Shown here: positions 1 through 8,159 of the stretch, piece after piece
Position numbering within the stretch: position 1 is the stretch's first letter
Layout: every line of letters starts with the position of its first letter
Assembly (NCBI GenBank): GCA_964402695.1
Contig: CAYODK010000003.1
Coordinates: forward strand, 22,697 to 86,696
Length of the DNA stretch: 64,000 nucleotides
Direction: 5' to 3'
From: an uncultured Verrucomicrobiota bacterium
GTDB taxonomy: Bacteria; Verrucomicrobiota; Kiritimatiellia; PWTM01
Notes under the pieces: model-generated
What the model was told of the DNA's origin: nothing
Databases searched by the model: none
The model's input: only the letters and a program-made list of their open reading frames with translations
Position numbers and translations under genes: made by a program

Positions 1-845
1 TGGATCAGGACCTCGTCGAGCGTCTTCTTCACGTGCAGCGGCCGGGCGACCGCCGGAGCGACGGCGGCCGGCACGGCGCCGGGCTCCGGCGCGCCCTCGA
101 CGGCCAGCTCGGCGAGCAGGACCCGCGTGATGTCCTTGCCGGGACGCACCGCAAAGCGCACGTAGCGCGTCTCGACGGCCAGGTCCGCGCCGATGTCGAT
201 CGTCGAATCCTCGCGGCCCGAGCCGGGATCGGGATTCTCGGCCACGACCGGTTCCGACCAGGCCTTCCCGTCGTCGCTGACGGAGATGCCCACGGCCCCG
301 ACGACGAACTCGTGAGGCCGCTGGTAGGCCTTCACCGACGCGCGCGCGATCTTCGTCCGGGCGCCGAGGTCGGCGACGAGCGTCACGCGGCCGTCGTACT
401 GCACGCTGTCCCGCGTGGCGTTCTCCATCTTCCCGTCGGTCAGGCGCGACGGCGGCTGGGTGTCGGCATGCTTGGGGCTCGGCTTGAGATCCGCCGTGTA
501 GGTCAGCGGCAGCCCCTTCCCCTCCGGCCGCTCCGGCTCGCCCGCGAACAGAGCCCGGGCCAGCTCCCCGCGCGGGGCCTCGCCCGGTTCGAGCCACAGG
601 CGATAGGTCGCGCAGAGGTCGTCGCCCAGGTAGGGGTGCGGCGTCGCGAGAAAAACCTTCGCGCCCGCCTGCGCGGCCTCGGCCGCGGCGGCGACGCCGG
701 CCGAGGCGCCGCCCACCACGACGACATCGACGTCGTGGATCACCGGCAGGTCGCGGGCCGGCGAGCGGACAAGCTCCGCGGCGGGCGCCGACAGGGCGGC
801 GGCGAGAAAGGCGGCGATGGCGGCGGACCGGATCGATGTCGTCAT
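1..845 (-). CDS. FAD-dependent oxidoreductase, secreted; C-terminus lies beyond window start
   Basis: Minus-strand ORF starting at ATG ~845. Signal-like N-terminus MTTSIRSAAIAAFLAAALSAPAA, then dinucleotide-binding motif DVDVVVVGGASAGVAAAAEAAQAGAKVFL. Runs to the window edge. Family call from motif only. Confidence 0.65.
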   Translation of the reverse strand, partial: MTTSIRSAAIAAFLAAALSAPAAELVRSPARDLPVIHDVDVVVVGGASAGVAAAAEAAQAGAKVFLATPHPYLGDDLCATYRLWLEPGEAPRGELARALFAGEPERPEGKGLPLTYTADLKPSPKHADTQPPSRLTDGKMENATRDSVQYDGRVTLVADLGARTKIARASVKAYQRPHEFVVGAVGISVSDDGKAWSEPVVAENPDPGSGREDSTIDIGADLAVETRYVRFAVRPGKDITRVLLAELAVEGAPEPGAVPAAVAPAVARPLHVKKTLDEVLI

Positions 846-967
846 GATGCACCTCAGGCTGTAAGCCCGCATGATGAACGCCCGGAAGGTCGCGGGCAAG
901 CGCGGACCGCGGCCCCCGCGAGCGAGAAGCCCGGCGGGGACAACCCAGGGACGCAACGAGGAGAAAG

Positions 968-1175
968 GCGCCGTCCCGCCCCGGGCTTGTCGCTGATCCA
1001 AAACGCTCACGACCGCCGCCCCACCGGGCTTGTCACTGATCCGCAACGCTCAAGACCGCCTCCCCACCGGGCTTGTCCCGGATCCGCAACGCGCAGGACC
1101 GCCGTCCCACCGGGCTTGTCACGGATCCGCAACGCGCAGGACCGCCGTCCCACCGGGCTTGTCCCGGTGGGGGGC
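968..1175. repeat. Tandem array of five ~44-bp units carrying the REP-like core CCACCGGGCTTGTC; the terminal unit is the full palindrome CCCACCGGGCTTGTCCCGGTGGGG
   Basis: Read directly: units at ~974, 1017, 1061, 1105, 1149 with few substitutions and no unique spacers. Same palindrome family as 22.6 and 23.6 kb. Confidence 0.8.
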
Positions 1176-1192
1176 GAAAACCGGATGCGGGG

Positions 1193-1513
1193 TCAGGACC
1201 GAGGCGTGCCGGAGCGAAGCGCGAAGGCGAGGAGCCCGCCGCCGAGCGCGAGCCCGCCGAGGATGAAGCCGATCTGCAGAGCGCCGGCAATCGCCGCGTA
1301 GCCCTGGCGCGGCAGCGGCTGGCTGACCAGCGCGGCCATGGTGGCGGTGGATGCGAGGCCCGCGAGGGTCGTGATCGCCGCCCCGGCCGTCATGACAACC
1401 GCCTCCGGCCGGCGGGTCCGCACGGCCAGGAAGACGCAGCCGGACAACGTGACCAGGTGGATCAGCAGGTGGAGGATGCCCGGCAGAAGGGCGGTCAGGA
1501 TCGGCGCGTTCAT
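1193..1513 (-). CDS. small hydrophobic membrane protein (hypothetical)
   Basis: Track ORF 1193..1570(-). From the internal Met (MNAPILTALLPGILHLLIHLV...) about 3 TM segments. No family recognised. Could be spurious in high-GC DNA. Confidence 0.3.
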   Translation of the reverse strand: MNAPILTALLPGILHLLIHLVTLSGCVFLAVRTRRPEAVVMTAGAAITTLAGLASTATMAALVSQPLPRQGYAAIAGALQIGFILGGLALGGGLLAFALRSGTPRS

Positions 1514-1579
1514 GGAAGCGGGGGACGGCGCCGCGGCGCCCGCGGGAGGCCCGCGGACACCGCGCGTCATCCCGGGCCC

Positions 1580-2416
1580 TCAGAACGCCCAGGAGGCCTT
1601 GACGCCGCCGAGGAACCACGAATCGTCGTCGAACAGAAGCTCGGCGGACGACTGCACGGGGTCCTCGACCAGGGCCGTGTACTGGGCCAGCAGGGCGAGC
1701 GTCACCTTCTCCGTGACCTCCCACGCGAGCTCGGCCGTGACATTGAGATCGTTGAAGGCATCCTCCGCGGCGCCTTCGTACGGGCTGCCTTCGGGCACGA
1801 CGTCCGACGCATCGAAGAAGAAGGCGTTGTAGTCCTTCAGCCCGTAGCCGATGTTCGCGCCGAGCGTGAGGCTGACGGTCTCCGTCAGGTCCACGGACTT
1901 CTCGAGGCCGACGCTGAAGTAGAAGTCATCGATCTCGAGGAACTCGTAGTAGGCGGCCACGTAGGGCGTGGGCAGCTGCGCGACCCACGAGTCCCCCGCC
2001 GTCGCGGGATCCAGCGAGAGCTTCAGGTAGCAGTCCGCCGTGGTCCCCGCCGCGGCGGCCGGCTCGGCGATCACGTAGGTGGCGGCGCCGATCTCGGCCT
2101 GCAGGACGCCCTCGAACGGCAGCCCGTAGTAGACGGTGAAGTCGATCTCGCCCGGGTAGCCCTGCGTGCTGTTCTCCGGCGTCGAGTTGACGTCGGTGAG
2201 GTCCATGTTCATCCACGCGTTGAACCCGAGGCCGAAGTCGGTCGAGACGTCGAGCGCGGGCTGCAGGACCGGGTCATCCGTGTAGACCTGGCCGCGCCAG
2301 AGGTACTTCGACCACACGCTCGCCTCGAAGGTCGCCTCGGCCGCCTGAGCGACCGCCGCGCCCGCCAGCCACGCCCCGATGACCGCCACCGTCCAACCCC
2401 CGGACTTCCGATTCAT
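1580..2416 (-). CDS. outer-membrane beta-barrel protein (hypothetical)
   Basis: 278 aa. Signal peptide MNRKSGGWTVAVIGAWLAGAAVAQAAEA, alternating amphipathic aromatic-rich segments, C-terminal ...KASWAF typical of OM barrels. Confidence 0.55.
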   Translation of the reverse strand: MNRKSGGWTVAVIGAWLAGAAVAQAAEATFEASVWSKYLWRGQVYTDDPVLQPALDVSTDFGLGFNAWMNMDLTDVNSTPENSTQGYPGEIDFTVYYGLPFEGVLQAEIGAATYVIAEPAAAAGTTADCYLKLSLDPATAGDSWVAQLPTPYVAAYYEFLEIDDFYFSVGLEKSVDLTETVSLTLGANIGYGLKDYNAFFFDASDVVPEGSPYEGAAEDAFNDLNVTAELAWEVTEKVTLALLAQYTALVEDPVQSSAELLFDDDSWFLGGVKASWAF

Positions 2417-2548
2417 GGTCTCTCCCCGTGTTATGCCCCGCCCCTGCGGACGTCGCGGACCGATCCCGTCGGCCCGGCACGCCGTCCGCCCGGACGGGGC
2501 CCCGCCCTGTTCGCACTCCCCGATCCCGACTCCCGGCCGCCTCTCCGC

Positions 2549-3844
2549 CTACACCAGCGCCCACGGCCCGCGGTACGCGCGGGACATCATGCGCGCCGCC
2601 TGCGCGTCGCCCTCGAAGGCCTCCTTCGCCGGGTTCCACTTCAGCGGGCGGCGGAGCTGCATCGCGATGTTGCCGAGGTTGCAGACCGTGGTCGTGCGGT
2701 GCCCGATGGCGAGGTCGGCGACCGGCTTCGCCCGGCTGCGGATGCAGTCGAGGAAGTTCGCCATGTGCGCGTTGCCGCTGTCGCCGCCCTTGCCGGCGCC
2801 GCCGTCGATCTTGAGCAGGGCCTCGTCGCTCGCCTTGAGCTTCGAGCGCGAGACGTCGATCCAGCCCTTCGTGCCGAAGAATTTCACGTTGCCGTCGTAG
2901 ACGCCGTCGGTGCGCGTGCGGACGCGCAGCCGGACGCCGCTCGCGTAGGTCGCCGTGAAATCGACGCGCGTCGGCGCCGTGAAGAGGCCGGAGCTGGGAA
3001 ACTCGCCGGAGCCCTCGACGCCGACCGGGCCGGACGCGTCCATGCCGAGCGCCCACTGCGCGATGTCGATGTAGTGCGCGCCCCAATTGGTCGTCTGCCC
3101 GCCGGCGTAGTCCATGATGTAGCGGAACTGGTAGTGCGTCCGCTGCGACGTGTACGGCGCCCACGGCGCGGGGCCGATCCAGAAGTCGTAGTCGAGCCCC
3201 TCGGGCACGGGCTCGGGCTTCCACGTCGCGCCGACGTACTTGTTGTTGGCCGGGATCAGGATGTCGATGTGGTCGACCGTCCCGAGGTGGCCCTTGGCGA
3301 TGATGCCGGCGACGTAGCGGAAGGAGGCGTCGGACCGCTGCATCGTGCCGGTCTGGCCGACGCGGCCGTGCTTGCGCAGCTCGGCGACGAGGACCTGGCC
3401 CTCGCGGATGCTGTGGGTCAGCGGCTTCTCGACGAAGACGTCCTTGCCGTTGCGGATCGCGTCGAGCGCCGGCAGCACGTGCCAGTGGTCGGGCGTCGAG
3501 ACGACGATCGCGTCGAGGTCCTTCCGCCGCGTGATCTCGCGGAAGTCGCCGACCGCCGCGCAGCCGGTGCCGCCCTGGCCGGCGTCGACCTTCTTCGCCG
3601 CCTTCGCCGCCACGATGCGGTCGACGTCGCAGACCGCGACGATGCGCGCGCCCTGGTCGCGCAGCTTGAGGACACGGTCGATGTTGCTCATCCCCATGCC
3701 GCCGACGCCGACGAAGCCGAACGTCACCTGCTTCGAGGGAGCGTCCGCGCCGAGCACGCGGGAGGGGACGATCTGCGCGGCCGCGACGGCCGCCGCGGCG
3801 GCCGAGGAGGACTTGAGGAAGCTCCGACGGGAAACCGGGTTCAT
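2549..3844 (-). CDS. Gfo/Idh/MocA family oxidoreductase, Tat-exported
   Basis: Start at Met134 of track ORF 2549..4243: MNPVSRRSFLKSSSAAAAAVAAAQ (twin-arginine). Rossmann FGFVGVGGMGMSN and VFVEKPLTH (EKP motif). ATG overlaps upstream stop (ATGA). Confidence 0.8.
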   Translation of the reverse strand: MNPVSRRSFLKSSSAAAAAVAAAQIVPSRVLGADAPSKQVTFGFVGVGGMGMSNIDRVLKLRDQGARIVAVCDVDRIVAAKAAKKVDAGQGGTGCAAVGDFREITRRKDLDAIVVSTPDHWHVLPALDAIRNGKDVFVEKPLTHSIREGQVLVAELRKHGRVGQTGTMQRSDASFRYVAGIIAKGHLGTVDHIDILIPANNKYVGATWKPEPVPEGLDYDFWIGPAPWAPYTSQRTHYQFRYIMDYAGGQTTNWGAHYIDIAQWALGMDASGPVGVEGSGEFPSSGLFTAPTRVDFTATYASGVRLRVRTRTDGVYDGNVKFFGTKGWIDVSRSKLKASDEALLKIDGGAGKGGDSGNAHMANFLDCIRSRAKPVADLAIGHRTTTVCNLGNIAMQLRRPLKWNPAKEAFEGDAQAARMMSRAYRGPWALV

Positions 3845-4392
3845 GCCGCACCTCCGCCCAGGGTCTTGAAGGCCGCGCGCGCGGCGATGGTCCCGGCCAG
3901 CCCGTCGCGGGCGGGACCGGAGAGCTTCGGAAGGGCCGCCTGGAGCGCCGCATCGACCTCGGCGCCGGGGATGTTCTCCAGCGCGTACCGGGCCACGTCG
4001 CTCGTCTTCGCGCCTTCCAGCAGCGGCGCAAGGACCGGCACCGACGCGGCGGAGCCGATCAGGGCCAGCATCCGGCAGGCGAAGTCGCGCGCGGCGTCCG
4101 TGCAGCCGGCGTCCTTGAGGATGCCCAGGACCTTCTTCTCGAGGGCGGGGTACTGCGAGGGATCCGCGTCGAAGATCAGCGTCTGGAGACCCGAGGCGAA
4201 CGTGCGGTCGCCGCCGAACTCCATCGCCGCCGCCTCGGTCCACGGATCGGGCGACTTCTTGAACTCGTCCATCCGTTTGTCCGCATCGGCGTACTTCAGC
4301 GGGTCGCTCGACGCCCGCTTGTCCTGCGCCCGCGCGGCCGCGGCGGCGATCCCCGCCGCCAGCGCCAGCCCGGCTGTTGTCCGTTCGTTCAT
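3841..4392 (-). CDS. secreted hypothetical protein with HEAT-like repeats
   Basis: 183 aa. Signal MNERTTAGLALAAGIAAAAARAQ. Helical repeat-like C-terminal half. Translationally coupled to the oxidoreductase. Confidence 0.45.
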   Translation of the reverse strand: MNERTTAGLALAAGIAAAAARAQDKRASSDPLKYADADKRMDEFKKSPDPWTEAAAMEFGGDRTFASGLQTLIFDADPSQYPALEKKVLGILKDAGCTDAARDFACRMLALIGSAASVPVLAPLLEGAKTSDVARYALENIPGAEVDAALQAALPKLSGPARDGLAGTIAARAAFKTLGGGAA

Positions 4393-4407
4393 CCGGATGT
4401 CTCCCGA

Positions 4408-4518
4408 GGTTTCAGGTGTCAGGAAGGAGGAGTTTCAAGTTCCAAGTTTCACGTTTCAAGTTCAGAAGTCAGCCTCTTGGATGTTGGCTGTTGGGCGTTG
4501 GATGTTGGATGTTGAATC
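4408..4518. repeat. Composite heptanucleotide tandem-repeat element: GGTGTCAGG word, (GTTNCAA)x6 then (TTGGNTG)x6
   Basis: Read directly: gtttcaa gttccaa gtttcac gtttcaa gttcaga agtcagc ctc ttggatg ttggctg ttgggcg ttggatg ttggatg ttgaatc. Abuts the stop of the DUF1080 gene. Confidence 0.7.
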
Positions 4519-4519
4519 C

Positions 4520-5236
4520 CTATTTGGCCGCCTGGATCTTCAGGTTCCGGTACGCGACCTCGTCGTTGTGGTCCTGCAGCAGCAGGTGGCCGTCGGGCCA
4601 CTCGCCGAAGCCGGCGATCTTGGAGAACTTGCTCTTGGCGACCTCGGCGCGGAAGGCGTCGGAGCCGCGCTCGTACTCGACGACCTTGGCGCCGTTGAGC
4701 CAGTGCTCGACGTGCTTTCCCTTCACGACGACGCGCGCGGAGTTCCACTCGCCGATCGGGTTGACCTTCTTGCCCTTCGCGGCGGGCAGGATGTCGTAGA
4801 GCGACCCGACGGTGCGGTTGCCGTCGCGGCCGAGCTTCGCGTCGGGATGGTTGTCGTCGTCGAGGACCTGGAACTCGCACCCGACGCCGTGGCCGCCCTG
4901 CGCGCGGGAGGGGTCGATGAAGTACTTCAGTCCGCTGTTGGCGCCCTTCGTCAGGCGGAACTCGAAGCAGAGCTCGAAGTCGGCGAAGCGGTCCTTCGTG
5001 ATGATGTCGCCGGCCTTCGCGGCCTTGCCGATGGTCAGCGTGCCGTCGACCGCCTTCCACCCCGCGCCGATCTCCGGCTTCGCGAGACCCTTCCACGCAT
5101 CGAGGCTCTTCCCGTCGAACAGCAGCTTCCAGCCGTCCGCGACCTCCTGCGAGGTCAGCGTATTGCACTCCGCCGCCCCCGCGACGCACGCGACGAGAAC
5201 CGCACCCGCCATCCATCCGGCCATCCGCTTCATCAT
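4520..5236 (-). CDS. DUF1080 (3-keto-disaccharide hydrolase-like) secreted protein
   Basis: Signal MMKRMAGWMAGAVLVACVAGAAEC. Then GWKLLFDGKSLDAWKG...WKAVDGTL...FELCFEFRL...GCEFQVLDD...EWNSARVVVKG..VEHWLNG, characteristic of DUF1080. The upstream part of the track ORF (MGAGCWMLI) is repeat translation and is rejected. Confidence 0.85.
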   Translation of the reverse strand: MMKRMAGWMAGAVLVACVAGAAECNTLTSQEVADGWKLLFDGKSLDAWKGLAKPEIGAGWKAVDGTLTIGKAAKAGDIITKDRFADFELCFEFRLTKGANSGLKYFIDPSRAQGGHGVGCEFQVLDDDNHPDAKLGRDGNRTVGSLYDILPAAKGKKVNPIGEWNSARVVVKGKHVEHWLNGAKVVEYERGSDAFRAEVAKSKFSKIAGFGEWPDGHLLLQDHNDEVAYRNLKIQAAK

Positions 5237-5319
5237 GAGATCCCCCCGGCAGCCAGGCGCACCGACGCCCGGGCAAGCCGCGCCAATCCTATCACGCCCG
5301 CCGCGCGCGGATAAACCCC

Positions 5320-5362
5320 GAATCAACATCCAACAACCAGCGCCCAACAGCCAACATCCAAT
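5320..5362. repeat. (TTGGNTG)n heptamer array in reverse orientation, ~85 bp upstream of the DUF1080 start
   Basis: caacatccaacaaccagcgcccaacagccaacatccaa read directly. Confidence 0.6.
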
Positions 5363-5601
5363 CCCGCTCCGCGCTCTCCTCCGGTCCTGATCGTAATCGT
5401 ACTCGTAATCCCTGTCGGGGTGCTTCCTGAGGAACCGTCCGGAACACGCCCGCCTCCTTCACTGACTCGGCGGCCACACGACCGAGGCCGTCCTGTACGA
5501 CGCTCCCCTTCACTCCGCGACCGCTTCGCGCCCGAATGTGGAACGACACAGGCTTCTCTGTCCCCGTACCGCGTGCATTCCCTGTCCCGCGCACATCTCT
5601 T

Positions 5602-6039
5602 TCAGGAGTCGATGGGATTGACGAGACGGGCGAAGCCCAGATCGGAGAAGTCGCGGGTGTTGCGGGTGTGGAACTCCGTCACCCCGTGGGCGCGGAGGGT
5701 GATGCCCAGCACGAGGTCGAACGTGCGCCGGTGCGGGAAGTCGTCCCGCTCCAGATGGGGCGCGACCTTGGGCCAGAAGGCATGCTCCCAGCCGCATCGC
5801 CGGCACCCGGACTGCTCGGCCAGGAAGCGCACGCGTGCGGACGCCTCGGCCGACGGGAGCGGATTCGTGAGGATCCGGGGATGGCGCAGGCAGCGGTAGA
5901 GTTCGAAGAGCACCTGGTCGGCCAGCATCCATTCCAGCGGCGCGGCCAGGAGCCGGTCGAGCACCCCGCGGGCCTTGGAATGCTCTTCGCAATCCCGGTT
6001 CAATGCGTAGACGAGAATCTGCGTGTCCAGGCTCTTCAT
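5602..6039 (-). CDS. vapC: PIN-domain toxin, VapC family
   Basis: 145 aa. N-terminal LDTQILVYALNRD PIN signature. Immediately downstream of a small RHH-like ORF. Confidence 0.8.
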   Translation of the reverse strand: MKSLDTQILVYALNRDCEEHSKARGVLDRLLAAPLEWMLADQVLFELYRCLRHPRILTNPLPSAEASARVRFLAEQSGCRRCGWEHAFWPKVAPHLERDDFPHRRTFDLVLGITLRAHGVTEFHTRNTRDFSDLGFARLVNPIDS

Positions 6040-6048
6040 CGGCGCGCC

Positions 6049-6291
6049 TCAGTCCCGGTCATAGACCAGATCCTTCATCTGCGCGGCATCCGCCCGGATC
6101 GCTCCGCCGTGAAAGAGCAGCGCGTCGGCCGCAGCCGGCCGGGCGCCCTCGTCGGACAGAAACGCGCTCTTCTCCAGCCACTCCTCCGTGGCGCGACGGA
6201 TCAGGTCGCTGACGGATGTATCCACCCGCCGCGCCTGATGCCTCAACCGCGCCATCATCGGCTCGGGGAATAGTATCTGCATCTTCTGCAT
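6049..6291 (-). CDS. putative ribbon-helix-helix antitoxin (VapB-like)
   Basis: 80 aa from Met56 of track ORF 6049..6456: MQKMQILFPEPMMARLRHQARRVDTSVSDLIRRATEEWL (strand + helix). Stop lies 9 nt before the vapC start. Confidence 0.55.
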   Translation of the reverse strand: MQKMQILFPEPMMARLRHQARRVDTSVSDLIRRATEEWLEKSAFLSDEGARPAAADALLFHGGAIRADAAQMKDLVYDRD

Positions 6292-6471
6292 GGATCCATG
6301 TATCGCATGGATGAATGCCGTGTCAAGCCGTCTCCAGTCTCCAATCCATCTCTGTCCCCATCTTCCTTCACCTCGACCCTCGTCCCCCGCACCTCGCCCG
6401 GGTGCAGGATGCGGGGACAGAGAAGCGAATGCCGCGGGTTGACGGCTCCCGTCCACATGGTATATTCATAA

Positions 6472-6490
6472 TCAGACCAGATCTGGTCTG
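6472..6490. promoter_or_regulatory. Perfect 18-bp palindrome CAGACCAGATCTGGTCTG in the AT-rich divergent region between two TA operons; likely antitoxin operator
   Basis: Seen directly. Flanked by tatattcataat and ttacatacatagg (-10-like). Confidence 0.4.
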
Positions 6491-6503
6491 GTTACATACA
6501 TAG

Positions 6504-6767
6504 GTGGCGGACATGATCGTGAACACGGTGACTGAGGCGAAGGCACATCTGTCGGAGCTTCTTGATCTTGTGAGTCGTGGCGAGGAGGTCATCCTTAGCC
6601 GGGCCAGGAAGCCGGTGGCCGTCCTGCAACCCTATCGCCGGTCCGGGCGGCCGCGGCAGCCGGGCAGTCTGCGGGGACAGATACGGATCGCCCCCGACTT
6701 TGACGCGCTGCCGCCGGAGATCGCGGAGGCGTTCGGAATGAAGGCGGATGGAGGCGCGACGCCATGA
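6504..6767 (+). CDS. Phd/YefM family antitoxin
   Basis: 87 aa. NTVTEAKAHLSELLDLVSRGEEVILSRARKPVAVL. Stop overlaps toxin start (ATGA). Confidence 0.8.
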   Translation: MADMIVNTVTEAKAHLSELLDLVSRGEEVILSRARKPVAVLQPYRRSGRPRQPGSLRGQIRIAPDFDALPPEIAEAFGMKADGGATP

Positions 6768-7141
6768 ACCTCCTTCTCGATACCCATGTCGTCCTGTGGT
6801 GGCTGGCGGATGCGCCCGAGCTGGGCGCCGGGGCGCGCGATGCGATCGCCGACCCGGCCAACGTGGTCCACGTCAGCGCCGTCACCGCATGGGAGATCGT
6901 TGTGAAACGCGCCTTGGGAAAGCTGGAGATCCCGGACCGATGGGAGCAGGCGCTGGCGGAGGAGCCGTTCCCGCAGTTGGCCATCTCCTGGCGCCACGCC
7001 TTGCAGGTTGGACAGCTTCCGGACATTCACCGCGACCCCTTTGACCGGCTGCTGGTCGCCCAGGCGGTCGTCGAAGGCCTGACGCTGGTCACCCGCGACG
7101 AGGCCCTCGCCCGCTACGGCATCGCCACGCTGAAGGCGTAG
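6764..7141 (+). CDS. vapC: PIN-domain toxin VapC
   Basis: 125 aa. MNLLLDTHVVLWWL. Paralog of the 53004..53408 product (HRDPFDRLLVAQA vs HRDPADRILIATS). Confidence 0.8.
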   Translation: MNLLLDTHVVLWWLADAPELGAGARDAIADPANVVHVSAVTAWEIVVKRALGKLEIPDRWEQALAEEPFPQLAISWRHALQVGQLPDIHRDPFDRLLVAQAVVEGLTLVTRDEALARYGIATLKA

Positions 7142-7149
7142 CCGCGCAT

Positions 7150-7330
7150 TCTGCCACGCATTCTCTGTCCCCGCGTCCCACTGTCCCCGCGTCCCAGACG
7201 GGCAGGACAGGATGACAGGATCGACAGGATAGGGATGCGGCGGCCACATGCTTGGCTCGGTGGAGGGAGATCCAACCTTCCACAGAGGCTCCGCCTCAAT
7301 CCTGGACATCCTGTCATCCCGTCCGGTTCC
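7150..7330. repeat. Intergenic repeat region: direct 16-mer x2 (ctgtccccgcgtccca) plus inverted arrays of GACAGGAT units
   Basis: ggacaggatgacaggatcgacaggatagg ... cctggacatcctgtcatcccgtcc read directly. Lies between convergent genes. Confidence 0.5.
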
Positions 7331-7360
7331 TCAGGCCGTCAGCGGGTTCGGGGTTCGGGC

Positions 7361-8056
7361 TCAGGCGGCGGCCTTGCGGGCGACTTCGACGGTGATCTCG
7401 GGGGCTCCGCCACCGGAGAAGTCGAAGGCGACCTTCTCGACGCCGAAAGCGCGGGCGAGGGATTGGAGCGTGGCCTTCGCGGAGGACTGGACCTCGGGCT
7501 GGAGGTTGTCGATCAGGGATCGCGCCTGAGCCTCGGCGTGCGCCTTGGCGGCGGAGACGAGGCGGTTCTTGTCCTCCTCCGTGAACCCGCCGGCCAGGAA
7601 CCCGTTGAGAAGGTCCGGCAGCAGCCACGGCAGCAGGCGCGAGCGCTGCTCGTCGTAGAACCGGATGTCGCGGATGCGGGCGTCGTGGTGGCACGGCGGC
7701 ATCCGGATCACGGCGGACCCGTCGGCCGCGGCGACGACGTCAAACTCGGGCCGGCGCAGGTCGTAGCGGAAATCGATCTCGAACTCGAAGATCATCGCCA
7801 TCTTCTTCGTCGAGAGGATCCACGACAGGTACTTCTTCCCGAACTCGCCCCACGTGTGGTCGGTCTCGGTCACGATCTCCCGCGTCATCGCCTTGAAGAC
7901 CGACAGGTGCCCAACCGCGCGCAGGTTCTGCAGTCCCGACTGGATCGAGATCGCGGGGGCCGCACGCCGACGGCGCAGGGCCGTCGTCGCCCAGCCCGCG
8001 CCGGCGAGCGTCGCGAGCGCGGTCAGTACGATCAGGAGCAGGTTGTCGCCCATCAC
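7361..8056 (-). CDS. membrane-anchored hypothetical protein (DUF4230-like, tentative)
   Basis: 231 aa. N-terminal TM MMGDNLLLIVLTALATLAGAGWA then a soluble domain. Confidence 0.45.
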   Translation of the reverse strand: MMGDNLLLIVLTALATLAGAGWATTALRRRRAAPAISIQSGLQNLRAVGHLSVFKAMTREIVTETDHTWGEFGKKYLSWILSTKKMAMIFEFEIDFRYDLRRPEFDVVAAADGSAVIRMPPCHHDARIRDIRFYDEQRSRLLPWLLPDLLNGFLAGGFTEEDKNRLVSAAKAHAEAQARSLIDNLQPEVQSSAKATLQSLARAFGVEKVAFDFSGGGAPEITVEVARKAAA

Positions 8057-8159
8057 CGGGGTCCTCCGTCCGCTGCGAATCTACTCCAGACACCCCGCCG
8101 CGGAAAGCCGTCACCAGCGTCGTGCTTTGGGATTGCCCGGCCGCCCGGACTGTCGCAGC

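Noticed and set aside
968-1175. Possible CRISPR array
   Set aside because: Repeat units are contiguous with no unique spacers and no cas genes nearby. They match the REP palindrome family instead.
4377-4799. ORFs reading through heptamer repeats (e.g. 4377..4799 +, 15078..15371 +, 16500..16856 -)
   Set aside because: Their N-termini are periodic peptides (QVSRFKF, QHPTPNI) produced by translating 7-nt repeats in a fixed frame. This is not evidence of coding.
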